Assembly: GCA_051313645.2 (NCBI GenBank)
Contig: JBNRSN020000010.1
Coordinates: 11,284,001-11,348,000, forward strand
DNA length: 64,000 nt
Direction of reading: 5' to 3'
Origin: Centroscyllium fabricii
Lineage: Eukaryota
Below are positions 1-10,708 of the stretch, in pieces. Position 1 is the stretch's first letter. Each line of letters begins with the position of its first letter. The position numbers and the translations under genes were made by a program. A model generated the notes under the pieces. The model saw only the letters and a list, made by a program, of their open reading frames with translations. It searched no databases and was not told where the DNA came from.

Positions 1-435
1 GAGGAAGCTTTGATGATAGACACTGCGGCCACGGTGCGCCTGTGACCTTTCATGTGGTTGATTTGATATAGTTTACCGTTATTTTGCTCAGTACGATATA
101 TGTTGCCTTTTAGGTCACGTTCATTATGTCGTGTATCTGTTTTATAGTATTCTAGACTCCTTTAATTCTGAGTCCGATATCGATGGCTTGAGATCACAGA
201 ACACATTGGTAGAGTGGTCACTCTGTGAGTTTCCATCCAATATACTTCGCAGAATATGTTTGAAGGGATTTTGCTCTCCGTAAAATTGAATAGCTGAGAC
301 GCAATGTTTACAGCTGAATAGGTGATTTTTTTGGACGGAAGGCCTCCTATATTCGAGTGATTTCCTTTATTTTATCGGAGGGTTAGCATTCATGGTAAAA
401 CGTTTAATATTCCCGTTAAAATGGCGAACAGATCG

Positions 436-1210
436 GATGCCAGAAAAAAACGGGAATTGCAACGGTTAATTCAGAAATCAGGGTCGAGAATTTCCGCTGT
501 AGAGGCATCGCTCCTGTATATGGCTCCCACCCGATAAACATTTCCGAACCTCCCATAATGCGTCCAGGCTGCGGAGAGCTCCGGTCCCAGACTTCCAGGC
601 GGCCGAAAGACCAAGGCTGAAAGAGGCAGGCTGTTCGGAAGCGTCAGTTGGATCACGTGAGCCTGGATCTGCAATCACAAGGAAGAATTCCCTTGCTTTC
701 ATTTACGGAGGGAATCCCCATATGATATGAAATGAAATCGCCAAATAATTGCAGAATTTACTAATTTGCAATAAATATATGTAAACTGAATTTCAACGCT
801 ATTCATATGTTCCTTCATTGCTCCAAATATACGAAAATATATTTTTTGATAAATGACTTTAAACGCCTTAATATTGCATAAAGATATTTAACGTGTATGT
901 GCATACCTAGTTGATTTGTACTCGTCTAATTTAAGGCTTTTTTCTACCCTTATGCTTATTAAAGCAGACCCTGTTCCTGCCTTTACCAGTAGTAGGTGTC
1001 TGGTGGGCAATTGCTGGGGGGTTGTTGGGAAAATAGCCCAACACTGGCCAGCCATATTCATTTTACAGTCGGTCCGGCTTTTCGCTGAAGGTGTACATTG
1101 ACAGATCGCAAGTTCTGATTGCGGAAAACCAGATGTTGCGCGGCCTTCAACATGGATTAGGACGGCGCACGCTGAGCATATATCATTACGGAGACCACAA
1201 TATCAGGGGC
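436..1210. mobile_element. Degenerate MITE-like DNA element (GC-rich flanks, AT-rich core), possibly related to the Harbinger-type MITEs below
   Basis: Right end aatatcaggggc followed by aat resembles the aatttctgggcc|aat ends of other copies. Left end is not resolvable. Confidence 0.3.
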
Positions 1211-1304
1211 AATACATTCTACATGTAAATTTATTAAGTTCGTCCCTGATAGTCAAAGTTATTTGTGTATTGCTCCTTGTCCAAAGTTTGATAGTCTGGG
1301 AGCA

Positions 1305-1885
1305 CATAAAAATGAAAGAGATTGAGCCACTCCAGCCTGCTTTGCTATTCCATTAGTTCATGGCTGATCTTTATCTCAACTCCCTTGTCCTCCCTTCATT
1401 CCATATATTCATTAATAACCTTACCATCAATGAAGTAGCTACCTCGCTCCTGAAAATTTAATTTGACCTAACCTCGACAGCTTCGTCGGTGGAAGTGTTG
1501 AGATAGTCCTCTGTGTGAACAAGTGCTTTCTTATGTCACTCCTGGAACTTTGCATATCTAATTTGAAGGAAATGCCCTATAATTCTGGACTCGCCCACAA
1601 GAGAACATTAGTTTATCTCCATTTAGCCAATCAAATTATGTAATTGTTCTACATACCACAATCAGATCACCTCTTCATCTTTTGCATTCAAGCAATTACA
1701 AAACTGTCCTGTATGCGAACTGCCCTCCTAAATTAATCCAGTTTAGCCCCGGTATAATTCTGGTGAATCTCAGTTGCAACAAATCTAAGATCAATATATC
1801 CTTCCTGAGGTGCGTTGCCCGGATTTGTGAGCAGTATTTCCAATGTTGTCCTGCCCAGATGTTTAAACTGCAATATATCTCGCAT
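1305..1885 (-). mobile_element. CR1 LINE 3' fragment, old
   Basis: Minus ORF remnant LRKDILILDLLQLRFTRIIPG, plus CR1-type 3' UTR near 1310-1400. Confidence 0.75.
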
Positions 1886-2440
1886 TGACTAATCTGCTGG
1901 AAAATTTTGAGGATGTAACTGGGAAAATTGATCAGGGAGAACAAGTAGATGTGGTATACTTGGACTTTCAGAAGGCGTGCAACAAGGTCCCGTACAAGAG
2001 ACTAGCATATAAATTTAGGGCACATGGGATTGGGGGAAAGGTATTGACTTGGATTGAGAATTGGTTGGCGGACAGAAAGCAGAGAGTGGGAGTGAATGGG
2101 TCTTTTTCCGGGTGGCAGGCAGTGACTAGTGCGGTACCGCAGGGATCAGTCCTGGGACCCCAGCTATTCACAACATACATTAATGATTTAGAAAAGGGAA
2201 CTAAATGTAATGTCTCCACGTTTGCAGCTGATACAAAGCTGGGAGGGCGTGTGTGCTGCGAGAAGGATACAAGGATGCTCCAGATTGATTTGGACAGGTT
2301 GGGCGAGTGGGCTGAGACATGGCAGATGCAGTACAATGTGGATAAATGCGAGGTTATCCACTTTGGGGGAAAAAACTGAAATGCTGACTATTATCTGAAT
2401 GGCAATAGATTGGGAGAAAGGGAAGTACAACGAGACCTGG
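1886..2440 (+). mobile_element. CR1 LINE ORF2 RT fragment
   Basis: TNLLENFE..VDVVYLDFQKA..VPQGSVLGPQLF..FAADTKLGG..CEVIHFG are CR1 RT motifs. Confidence 0.92.
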
Positions 2441-3153
2441 ATTATCAGGCCCTGGGGATTTGTTGGCATTTAATCCCTTCAACCTCCCAGACACCATATC
2501 CTTAGAAATATTGATTTATTTCAGTTCCTCCCTGGCATTAGTGCCTATGTTTCCCGACATCTCTGGGAGGTTATTTGTGTCCTCCTTTGTGAAGACAGAA
2601 CCAAAATATGAATTTAATTTGTCCGCCATTTCCTTGTTCCCCATTATATATTCTCCTGATTCGGACTGCAAGTGCCCGACTGCCGATTTCACCAGTGTCT
2701 TCCTTTTAATGTATCTATAAAAGGCTTTGCATTCAGTGTTTATGTTTGCGCAAACTTTCTTTCATAATCTATTTTCCCCCACTTAATTCATCCCTTTGTC
2801 CTCCTTTGCTGTATCCTGAATTGTTCCCAATCCTCAGGTTTGGTGGGTTTTTTGGCCAATTGATATGTCCTTTCTTTGGATTTAAAGTTATCTCTAATTT
2901 CCCTTGTAATCCACGGTTCAGTCACCTTTTTTGGTTTATTGTTATGCTAAAATGGTATAAACAAGCTCTGTGCTTCTTCCATTCGATATTTGAATGCTTG
3001 CCATTGTTGATCCACCGTTAGCCCCCTGAGTGATACACCCCAATCAATTGTACCCAACTCTCGTCTCATACTATCATTGTTCCCTTTTCGTAAATTCAGG
3101 ACCTTAGTATCTGAGTCAATTTTATCGCTCTCCATCTTGAGTGAGAATTCGAT
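2441..3153 (-). mobile_element. CR1 LINE ORF2 fragment (EN-RT linker)
   Basis: MIEFSLKMES..VLNLRKGN..TVDQQWQAFK on minus, ending near the SPGPD motif at about 2441-2458. Confidence 0.85.
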
Positions 3154-4062
3154 CATATTGGGCCCTGTCTTCCTGTGGCCCGATTGCTGCGGGTGCGTGC
3201 AGACGTGCATCCGCGGCGCACCCGCACGTGATTTTTTTTTTTCTCAGCTCGACTTCCTGTGGGAAATGCCATTTTTTCTTTGTTCGGAGTGGACGTCTTT
3301 TTTTTGGTCCGGGGTGAAAGCCACGCCCACTGAGGTCGGCTTTACCCCCGAACGAAACTCAGAATCGGCCAGCGGGATGAAGATTATCAGGTAGGGAAGC
3401 ACCTTTTCTTTGTTTTTTTTAAGTTTGTAGGAAGCTAGTTTTTTAAAGTTTCTGCATTTTTTGCTGTTAGGTTTTTTTTGCTCCAAGTAAAAAAAACAGG
3501 TTTAAAGTTAAAAAAAAATTTATTCCTTTGGAGATATTTGTTTGTGGTCTTACAGCTTGTAAATGTGAAGGTTTCTTTATATATTTTGGTGATAGTGAAA
3601 AAAATCGGGGATTTGAACGCGATGTCTTCAGCTCTGAGAGCTCTGAGAGCTGAAGACATCGCGTTCAAATTCCCGATTTTTTTAACTATCACCAAAATAT
3701 ATATAAACTTTCACATTTACAAGCTGTAAGACCACAAACAAATATCTCCAAAGGAATTTTAAAAAAAACTTTAAACCTGTTTTTTTCACTTCTCAAAGCT
3801 GCCTGCAGCTTCTTACGTATCCTTTTTATATGGGCAGCAAAAGAGAGGCTTCCCCACGTTGTACGCCCATATATTGAGCAGCTGACTACAGGAAGTCTGC
3901 AGCTCAAGGTCCTCCTGGGGAGGAAGTTGAAGCCCCTTGCCCATCAGCACAGGAAGTTCACGTTTCTGGTAATCACCCGAGATGCCCCCCCACGAGGCAT
4001 TTCTGACCCCCCTTCGTGGGGGTGCAGCTCTTCTGGAGCACAGGAAGACAGGGCCCAATATG
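3154..4062. mobile_element. Non-autonomous DNA transposon (MITE/foldback-like) with perfect 24-bp terminal inverted repeats and a central palindrome
   Basis: catattgggccctgtcttcctgtg at 3154-3177 and its exact reverse complement at 4039-4062. Repeated cttcctgt/acaggaag subterminal motifs. Confidence 0.85.
3485..3791. repeat. Near-perfect palindrome, arms about 150 bp, no spacer
   Basis: Centred on gag|ctc at 3640/3641. For example ttcctttggagatatttgtttgtggtcttacagcttgtaaatgtgaa is mirrored by ttcacatttacaagctgtaagaccacaaacaaatatctccaaaggaa. Confidence 0.97.
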
Positions 4063-4064
4063 CA

Positions 4065-4375
4065 GTGCTTTTACTGCAGCGTCACCACCAGTAATATTTG
4101 TTGGGATTCATGATCAATACTGTTAGATTAGTGTCATGACCAGTAATGTTGTAACAGAATTACCTGCAGTAATGCTACAGTAGGGTTATCACAAGTAATG
4201 TTAGATTAGGGGCACCACCATGAATGAAAAAGTAAAGGCCCCACCTGTACTATTAGTGTAATTTCACCACCAGAATTGCCAGAATTGATTCACTACCACT
4301 TTATGGTCACCATCATTAGTCTTAGTGAAAAGTAAGCATAATTACTGTTAAATTTGTGTTACTAGCATTAATGAT
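4065..4375. repeat. Left remnant of the 26-bp satellite
   Basis: Units like gtcaccaccagtaatatttg and catgaccagtaatgttgta match the array at 8660-13740. Confidence 0.75.
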
Positions 4376-7300
4376 AAAGATAGAAACATAGAAGATCGCC
4401 CCTCGAATCCGCTCCACCATTTAATGATATAAAGTCTGATCACCCAAATTCAGTACCCTGTCCGTGCTTTCTCCCCATATTCCTTGATCCTTTAGCCTCA
4501 ATAAAGATATCCAACTCCTTCGTGAATATGATAAATGAATTGTCCTCACCTGCCCTATGTTGTAGACAATTCCACGTTTCAATTCTCTCTGGGTGAATAA
4601 GTTCCTCCTCATCCTAGTTCTAAATGGCTTACCTCTTTTCGTTAGACTGTGAGCCCTGGAGATATTACATCGAGGTCCCAGGACTAGATCATTTATATAC
4701 TTGTGAATAGCTGGCTTCCTAGCACGGATTCCTGCTGTACCCTACTAGTCACTGTCTGACTCTCGGAAAATACCCGTTTATTCCAGCTCTTTGCTTCCTG
4801 TCTGCCAATCAGTTCTCTACAGAAGACGGTACCTTAGCTCCAATTACATGTGCTTTAACGTTACAAGCGAATCTCTTATGCAGGACCATACCAAAAGCCT
4901 TCTGAAAGTACAAATGCACCACAACAACTGGTTCTTCCTTATCTATTCTACCAGTTAAATCCTAAATAAATTCCAGTAGATTTGTCAAGCATGATTTACC
5001 TTTTATAAATCCATGTTGACTTCGTCCAATCCTGTCAGTGTTTTCCAAGTGCGCTGCTATTACATCTTTTATAATGGATTCTAACATTTTCCGCACAACT
5101 GCGTCAGGCTTACCCGTCTATAATTTCCCATTTTCACTCTACCATCCTTCTTAATTGTGTGGTTATTTTCGCTGTCCACCAATCCATGGGAACTGTTCCA
5201 GAATTTATAGAATGTTGGAAGATGACTAGCAATACATCTGGTATTTCTAGGGCCTCTTCCTTAGCTACCCTAGAATGCAAATTTTCAGCACTTGGGGGAT
5301 TATTGGCCTGCAATCCCGTCAATTTCCTTAACACAATTTCCCTGCAATTAATGATTTCATTCAATTCCTCCCTCTCATTAGAGCCTATGTTCAGCCACAT
5401 ATGCGGGAGGTTATCTGTGTCCCCGCTTTGTGAAGACAGAACCAAATTCTGCATGTAATTGGTCTGCCATTTATTTTTCCGCATTGTATGTTGCCCTGAG
5501 CTGACTGCAGGTAACCCACGCTTCATTTCACCAATGTTTTTCTCTTCAGAAATCTATGAAAACTTTTACAGTACGTTTATATGTGCCCTGCAAGCTTACT
5601 CTCCTATGTTATTTCCCCCCTTTTCATTATACCTTATGTCCTCTTTGCTGAATATTAAACTGTTCCCAATCAACAGCGTTGCTGATTTTTCCTAGTCAAA
5701 TTATTATATGTCCTCTCCTTAGAGCTTATGCTATCTCTTATTTCAATTTTTAGCCAAGGCTAATTCACATTTTTTTTCATTTTTATGCCAAACAGGGATG
5801 AACAAATTCTATAGTTGATCGATGCGATCTTTATATGTCTGCCATTGCCTATCCTCTGTCACCCCTTTACTACCATACCACAATCTATCCTAGCCAACTC
5901 GTGCCTCATAGCAACGCAATTTACTTTATTAAATTCAAGACCCTAGTCTCTGATTCAACTACTTCACTTTTCAATTTAATGAAGAATACCATCAAATTAT
6001 GAGCTCTCCTCCCCAAAGGGCCTCGCACAATATGATTGTTCCAGGAAAACATCCCGTATACACTCAACACATTTTTTCTCCACCATATTTTTCCAGATTT
6101 GGTTGGCCCTATCTATATGTAGATTAATGTCACCATGATAACTGCTGTGCCCTTATTGCACACGTCTCAACTTTACCATTTCATGCCATCGCCATCCTCA
6201 ACATTATTGTTTGAGGGCCTGAAAGCAACTCCCAATAACGTTTTCTGCCACATGTTATTACTCAGATCTGCCCATACAGATTTCTCGTCATCAGAGCTAA
6301 TATTGTTATTTACATTTGTGTTAATCTCCTCTTTAACCAGCAAAGCTGCCCCGCTTACTTTTCCATTTTTCCTGTCCTTCCTGAATTTTGAATACCCTTG
6401 CATGTTGAATTCCCAGTCTTGGTCAGCCTTGAACCATGTCTCGTTAATCCCAATTATATCATATCCGTTTACTAATATTTGCGCAGCTAATTCATCCACC
6501 TTATTACAAATGCTCCTCACATTAAGCGACACAGCCTTAAGGCTTGATTTTTTAACTCTCATTGTCCTTTTAGAATGTTTATGTACTGTGGCCCTGTTTG
6601 ACTTACTCCCTTGATTTCTCTTTCTTCCACTTATGTTTTTCTGCTTCCTGCCTGTGTTTCTATACTTGCTTCTATTTCCTCTGCTTCCTTGCACAGGATC
6701 CCAATCCCCTGCAAGTTTAGATTACAACCTCCCCAAGAACACTTGCAAACACTCCCCCAAGGAGATCGGTTCTTGTCCCACCCAGGTCCAATCCGTCCAT
6801 TTTTACTGGTTCCACCTCCCCACCAGAACTGTTTCCAATATCCCAGGAATTGAAATCCCTCCCAATTGCTCCTTTCCTCTACGCAAGTATCCATCAGAAA
6901 TGTTATTCTATTTCTACTCTGAAAAGCACGTGGCAATTGTAGCAATCCTGGGATTATTATCTTTGAGGTTCCATTTCTTAATTTACCTCCTAATTCCCTA
7001 TATTAAGCTTTTAGGACCACATTCCGTGTTTTGCTGTATTGATGTAAAATATATGCACCTCGACAACTGCATATTCACCCACACACTCCAGGTTGCCCTG
7101 CAATCGCTCTGAGATGTCCTTGACCCATGCACCAGGGAGGCAAGATACCATCCTGGAATCTCGTTTGTGGCCACAGCAACGCCAATCTATTCCCTTTACA
7201 ATAAAATTCCCTATCACTATAGTTCTCCTGCATTTTCCTCCCGTTCAGTGCAACAATACTTTACATGCTGCCAGGAATTTGGCTGCTGCTGCCTTCTCCA

Positions 7301-8660
7301 GATAAGCCACCTCCCTCAACAATATCCAAAGAGATATATCTGTTTGAAATTCGTCTGCGCACAGGGCACCCCTGCACTACTTGCCTGTGCCTACTACACT
7401 GATTGCTGGTCCCGTGTGGCCAACTCCCTAAACATGCTATCCAATATGTCCTTAGCATCGCAAATACTCCAGTATATTACAACACACAGGTCCAGTGCCG
7501 CAATGCGATCTGGCAGTAGCTGCAGCTGTGTACACTTCCTGCACCCATGGTCATCAGGGACACAGTAATTTTCCCTGATTTCCCACTAAGCGCAGGAGGA
7601 GCAAGCCATTGGGCCGAGTTGTACTGCCATAACTTAACATTAATTAACTTAAGTTAATTTATATCAAAACAAAACAACTAATTACAATACAATTAACTGA
7701 TATACTCAAAGTCCCTTGAATACTATCACCCCCGATACACAACAGATTCCTTAGAAACTATAAACACAAACATTAAGACCTGCTAAATTTTTAAACTATT
7801 AATCATAACTGGCAAACTATAGAGCAGTATGAATGCTCACTTTGCCGTACTCACACCATCAGCTGCTTCCTCTTGCCTGCATCATTTTTTCAATCGTGAC
7901 TTGACTCCGGACTGCCGCAGCCATTCTCTGTGATTGGTAAGCCTCTGTAGAAATCCCACGAGAGTGAATTTACGTTCTCACTGTAACGCCACGCTGTGCT
8001 CAGTCCGACACCGGCCACTGTAAAATAGCACGCGAATGTGCGTGAATGTACTCACGGTACCACCTCTCTCTCTGCTGCCGACATTGGCCCCTGTAAAAAA
8101 GCCCGCGAAAATGAGTTTACGTGCTCACTGTACTGCCACACTCTGCTCCTCCCGATACGGGCCTCTGAAGAAAAGGCAGCGAAGGTCAGTTAAATTACTC
8201 ACTGTACTGCTACTCTCTCCAGTCTCGACACTGGCCTCTGTAATTACGCCCGCAAAGTGAGCAGAAGTACTAATTGCGCCACCGCGTCCTCTACTCCCGA
8301 AATTGGCCTCTTTACAAAAGCACGCGACTTTTGTGTACTCACTGCACCGCCGTTCGCTCCACTCCCAATGCTGCTCTATCTAAAAAAAAAGCCCGCGGAT
8401 GTACTACCCTTCTCTCCGCTCCCGATACCGGCCGCAATCAGCAAGTCACGTTTGACTTCTGCTGTTGTCCTTTATAAATTCCGCCGGTGTTGTGTCGGTA
8501 CACCCGCTGCGACCTCACCGCTCCACGCAGTTCTGCACTGCTGCCGCTCCTGATGCTTTGGGGCCAACCTACACCTCGGACTCACTTTTTACCGCCTCTT
8601 TATATCGCTGCCGCCCCCTAACCGCTCCTCCTAGGTCCACACTGACGCCAATGCCACTGC
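4376..8660 (-). mobile_element. Near full-length but decayed, internally deleted CR1 LINE (5' UTR, ORF1, ORF2, tail)
   Basis: Tail remnant tagaaacatagaa at about 4381. RT and EN remnants (LNVRSICNKVDEL..IIGINETW). ORF1 esterase remnant IGNFIVKGIDWRCCGHKRDSRMVSCLPGAWVKDISERL. ORF1 Cys-rich start near 7630. Repeat-containing 5' region 7940-8460. Confidence 0.85.
7941..8450. repeat. Diverged tandem repeat, about 73-bp unit, about 7 copies, probably CR1 5' UTR monomers
   Basis: gcc(t/a/c)ctg(t/a)a starts at about 7941, 8014, 8087, 8161, 8235 and 8306, each followed by a tactcactgta-like core. Confidence 0.75.
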
Positions 8661-8928
8661 TGCTACCAGTAATGATGGCTTAGAGTCACCTAAATTAATG
8701 TTGGGGTAGACTCACCACCGGCAAAGTTTGTGTACGGTCATCACCAGTAATGTTAGAGTAGGATTACCTCCTGTAATGTTAGAGTAGGATTACCACCAGT
8801 AATGTTATTGTAGGGTCATCACCAGTAATGTTAGTGTAGTATTGCAACTAGTAATGTTAATGTAGAGTCATCACCAGTAATGTTAGAGTAGGATTACAGC
8901 CAGTAATGTTAGAGTAGGATTACCACCA

Positions 8929-9234
8929 ATTCAATTCAATTCAAGTTTTATTGTCATTGCAGAGTACTAGTACAATACAACGAGATGAAGACTCGACTCT
9001 CCCGAGAGTAGTGCAAACAAAATAAATAAATTACATGCAAATTGCATACAGTAAAGTTCATTATCAGGCGTGCAGGTACCGGAGTTTCTTTTTAGAGTTC
9101 AGGAGGCTGACAGCCCTGGGGAAAAAGCTGTTCTGAAATCTAGTCGTGCGGGTGCAAATTGCTCTGTAGCGTCTCCCGGAGGGCAGAGGGGCGAACAGAC
9201 TGTGGCTGGGGTGTGTGGGGTCTTTAATAATGTT
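8929..9234 (-). mobile_element. Rex1/Babar LINE 3' end inserted in the satellite
   Basis: Minus translation NIIKDPTHPSHSLFAPLPSGRRYRAICTRTTRFQNSFFPRAVSLLNS, then AATAAA and a (TTGAA)n tail. Confidence 0.85.
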
Positions 9235-9964
9235 CAGTAAAGTTAGAGTAGGATTACCACCAGTAGTGTTAGTGTAGGGTCATCCCAAGTAATGTTACAG
9301 TAGGGTTACCACTAGTAATGTTATAGAATGGTCAACAACAGTACCGTTAGTGTAAACTCAATACCAGTAATGATAAAAAGAGTCAGCACCAGTAAATTAT
9401 AGAATATCATCACATGCAGTAATATTAGAGTAGACACACCAGCAGTAATATTAGAGTGCATCCTCCACCAGTAATGTTAGATGTTGGTCACCACCAGTAC
9501 TGTTAGAGAAGAGTCACCACCAGTTAGTTTACAATAGGGATAGCTCCAGTAATGATAGTGTACTTTCAACACAAGTAATTTTAGAGACGGATCACTACCT
9601 GTAATGACAGAGTAGAGTCATCACGTTTAATGTTACAGTAGTATCACCATCAGTAAAATAATTGTAGCGGCACCACCAGTAATGTTAGAATATGGTCACC
9701 ACCTTTATCGTTAGGATAGGTTCACCACCAACACTGTCACAGTAGTGTAACAACTCGTAATGCCAAAGGTGGATCACCACTATTGGTGTTAGAACAGTCT
9801 CACTATATTTACTGTTAGGGTAGCGTCACCAACAATAATGTTACAGTCGTGCCACAACTAGTACTGTTAGAGCTGTGTCACCACTAGTAATGCAAGAGTA
9901 GGGTCACCACAAGAACAGCTAGACCAGAATCACCAGTAGGAATGATAACGCAGTGTCATCAGTG

Positions 9965-10708
9965 TTATCTGAATATAAATAGCTTGGGCGCCGGGGAAGT
10001 GCAACGAGACCTGGACGTTCTTGTGCACCAGTCGTTGAAGTTAACATTGCAGGTGAAGCATGCGGTGAAGAAGGCCTTAATAGCGAACGTTTTGGAGTAC
10101 AGGAACAAAGATGTCCTGCTGCATTTGGACAGGGCGTTGGTGAGACTACACCTTGAGTACTGTGTGCAGTTTTGGCCGCCTTATCTGAGGAAGGATGTTC
10201 TTGCCATGGAAGCAGTTCAGCGAAAGTTCACAAGGCGGATACCTGGGATGGCAGGAATAACGGTTGATGAGAACTTGGGTCGATTAGGCTTATTCCCGCT
10301 GGAGCTTAGAAGAATGAGAGGGGTTCTCATCAAAACGTATAACTTGCTGACAGGTCTGGACAAAGTAGACGAAGTATTAATTTTCCCGATGATCGGAGAG
10401 TCCAGAACCAGGAGGCACAGTCTAAGGATAATAGGTAGGACATTCAGGACAGAGATGAGGAAGAATTTCTTCACGTAGAGTGTGGTGAACCTGTGGAATT
10501 CTCTACCACACAATATAGTTGAGGCCAAGTTATTAAATATATTTAAGGAGTTAGATATAGTTCTAAGATCTAAAGTTATCGAGGGATATGGGGAGAAGGA
10601 AGGTATGGGGTACTGAGATTGGATGGTCAGCCATGATCTCATCGAATGGTGGAGCAGGCTCGATGGGCCGAATAGCCTGCTCCGGCTCCTATATTCTACG
10701 TTTCTATC
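9965..10708 (+). mobile_element. CR1 LINE 3' fragment inserted in the satellite
   Basis: VQRDLDVLVH..LVRLHLEYCVQFWPPYLRKD..RTEMRKNFFT, then 3' UTR and tail attctacgtttctat. Confidence 0.92.

Noticed and set aside
1886-3153. Twin-priming inversion of one CR1
   Set aside because: The fragments converge tail-to-tail and no 3' tail or TSD is visible, so the mechanism cannot be supported.
3435-3729. Two similar ORFs on opposite strands (..NAMSSALRALRAEDIAFK..)
   Set aside because: A trivial consequence of the palindrome; no coding evidence.
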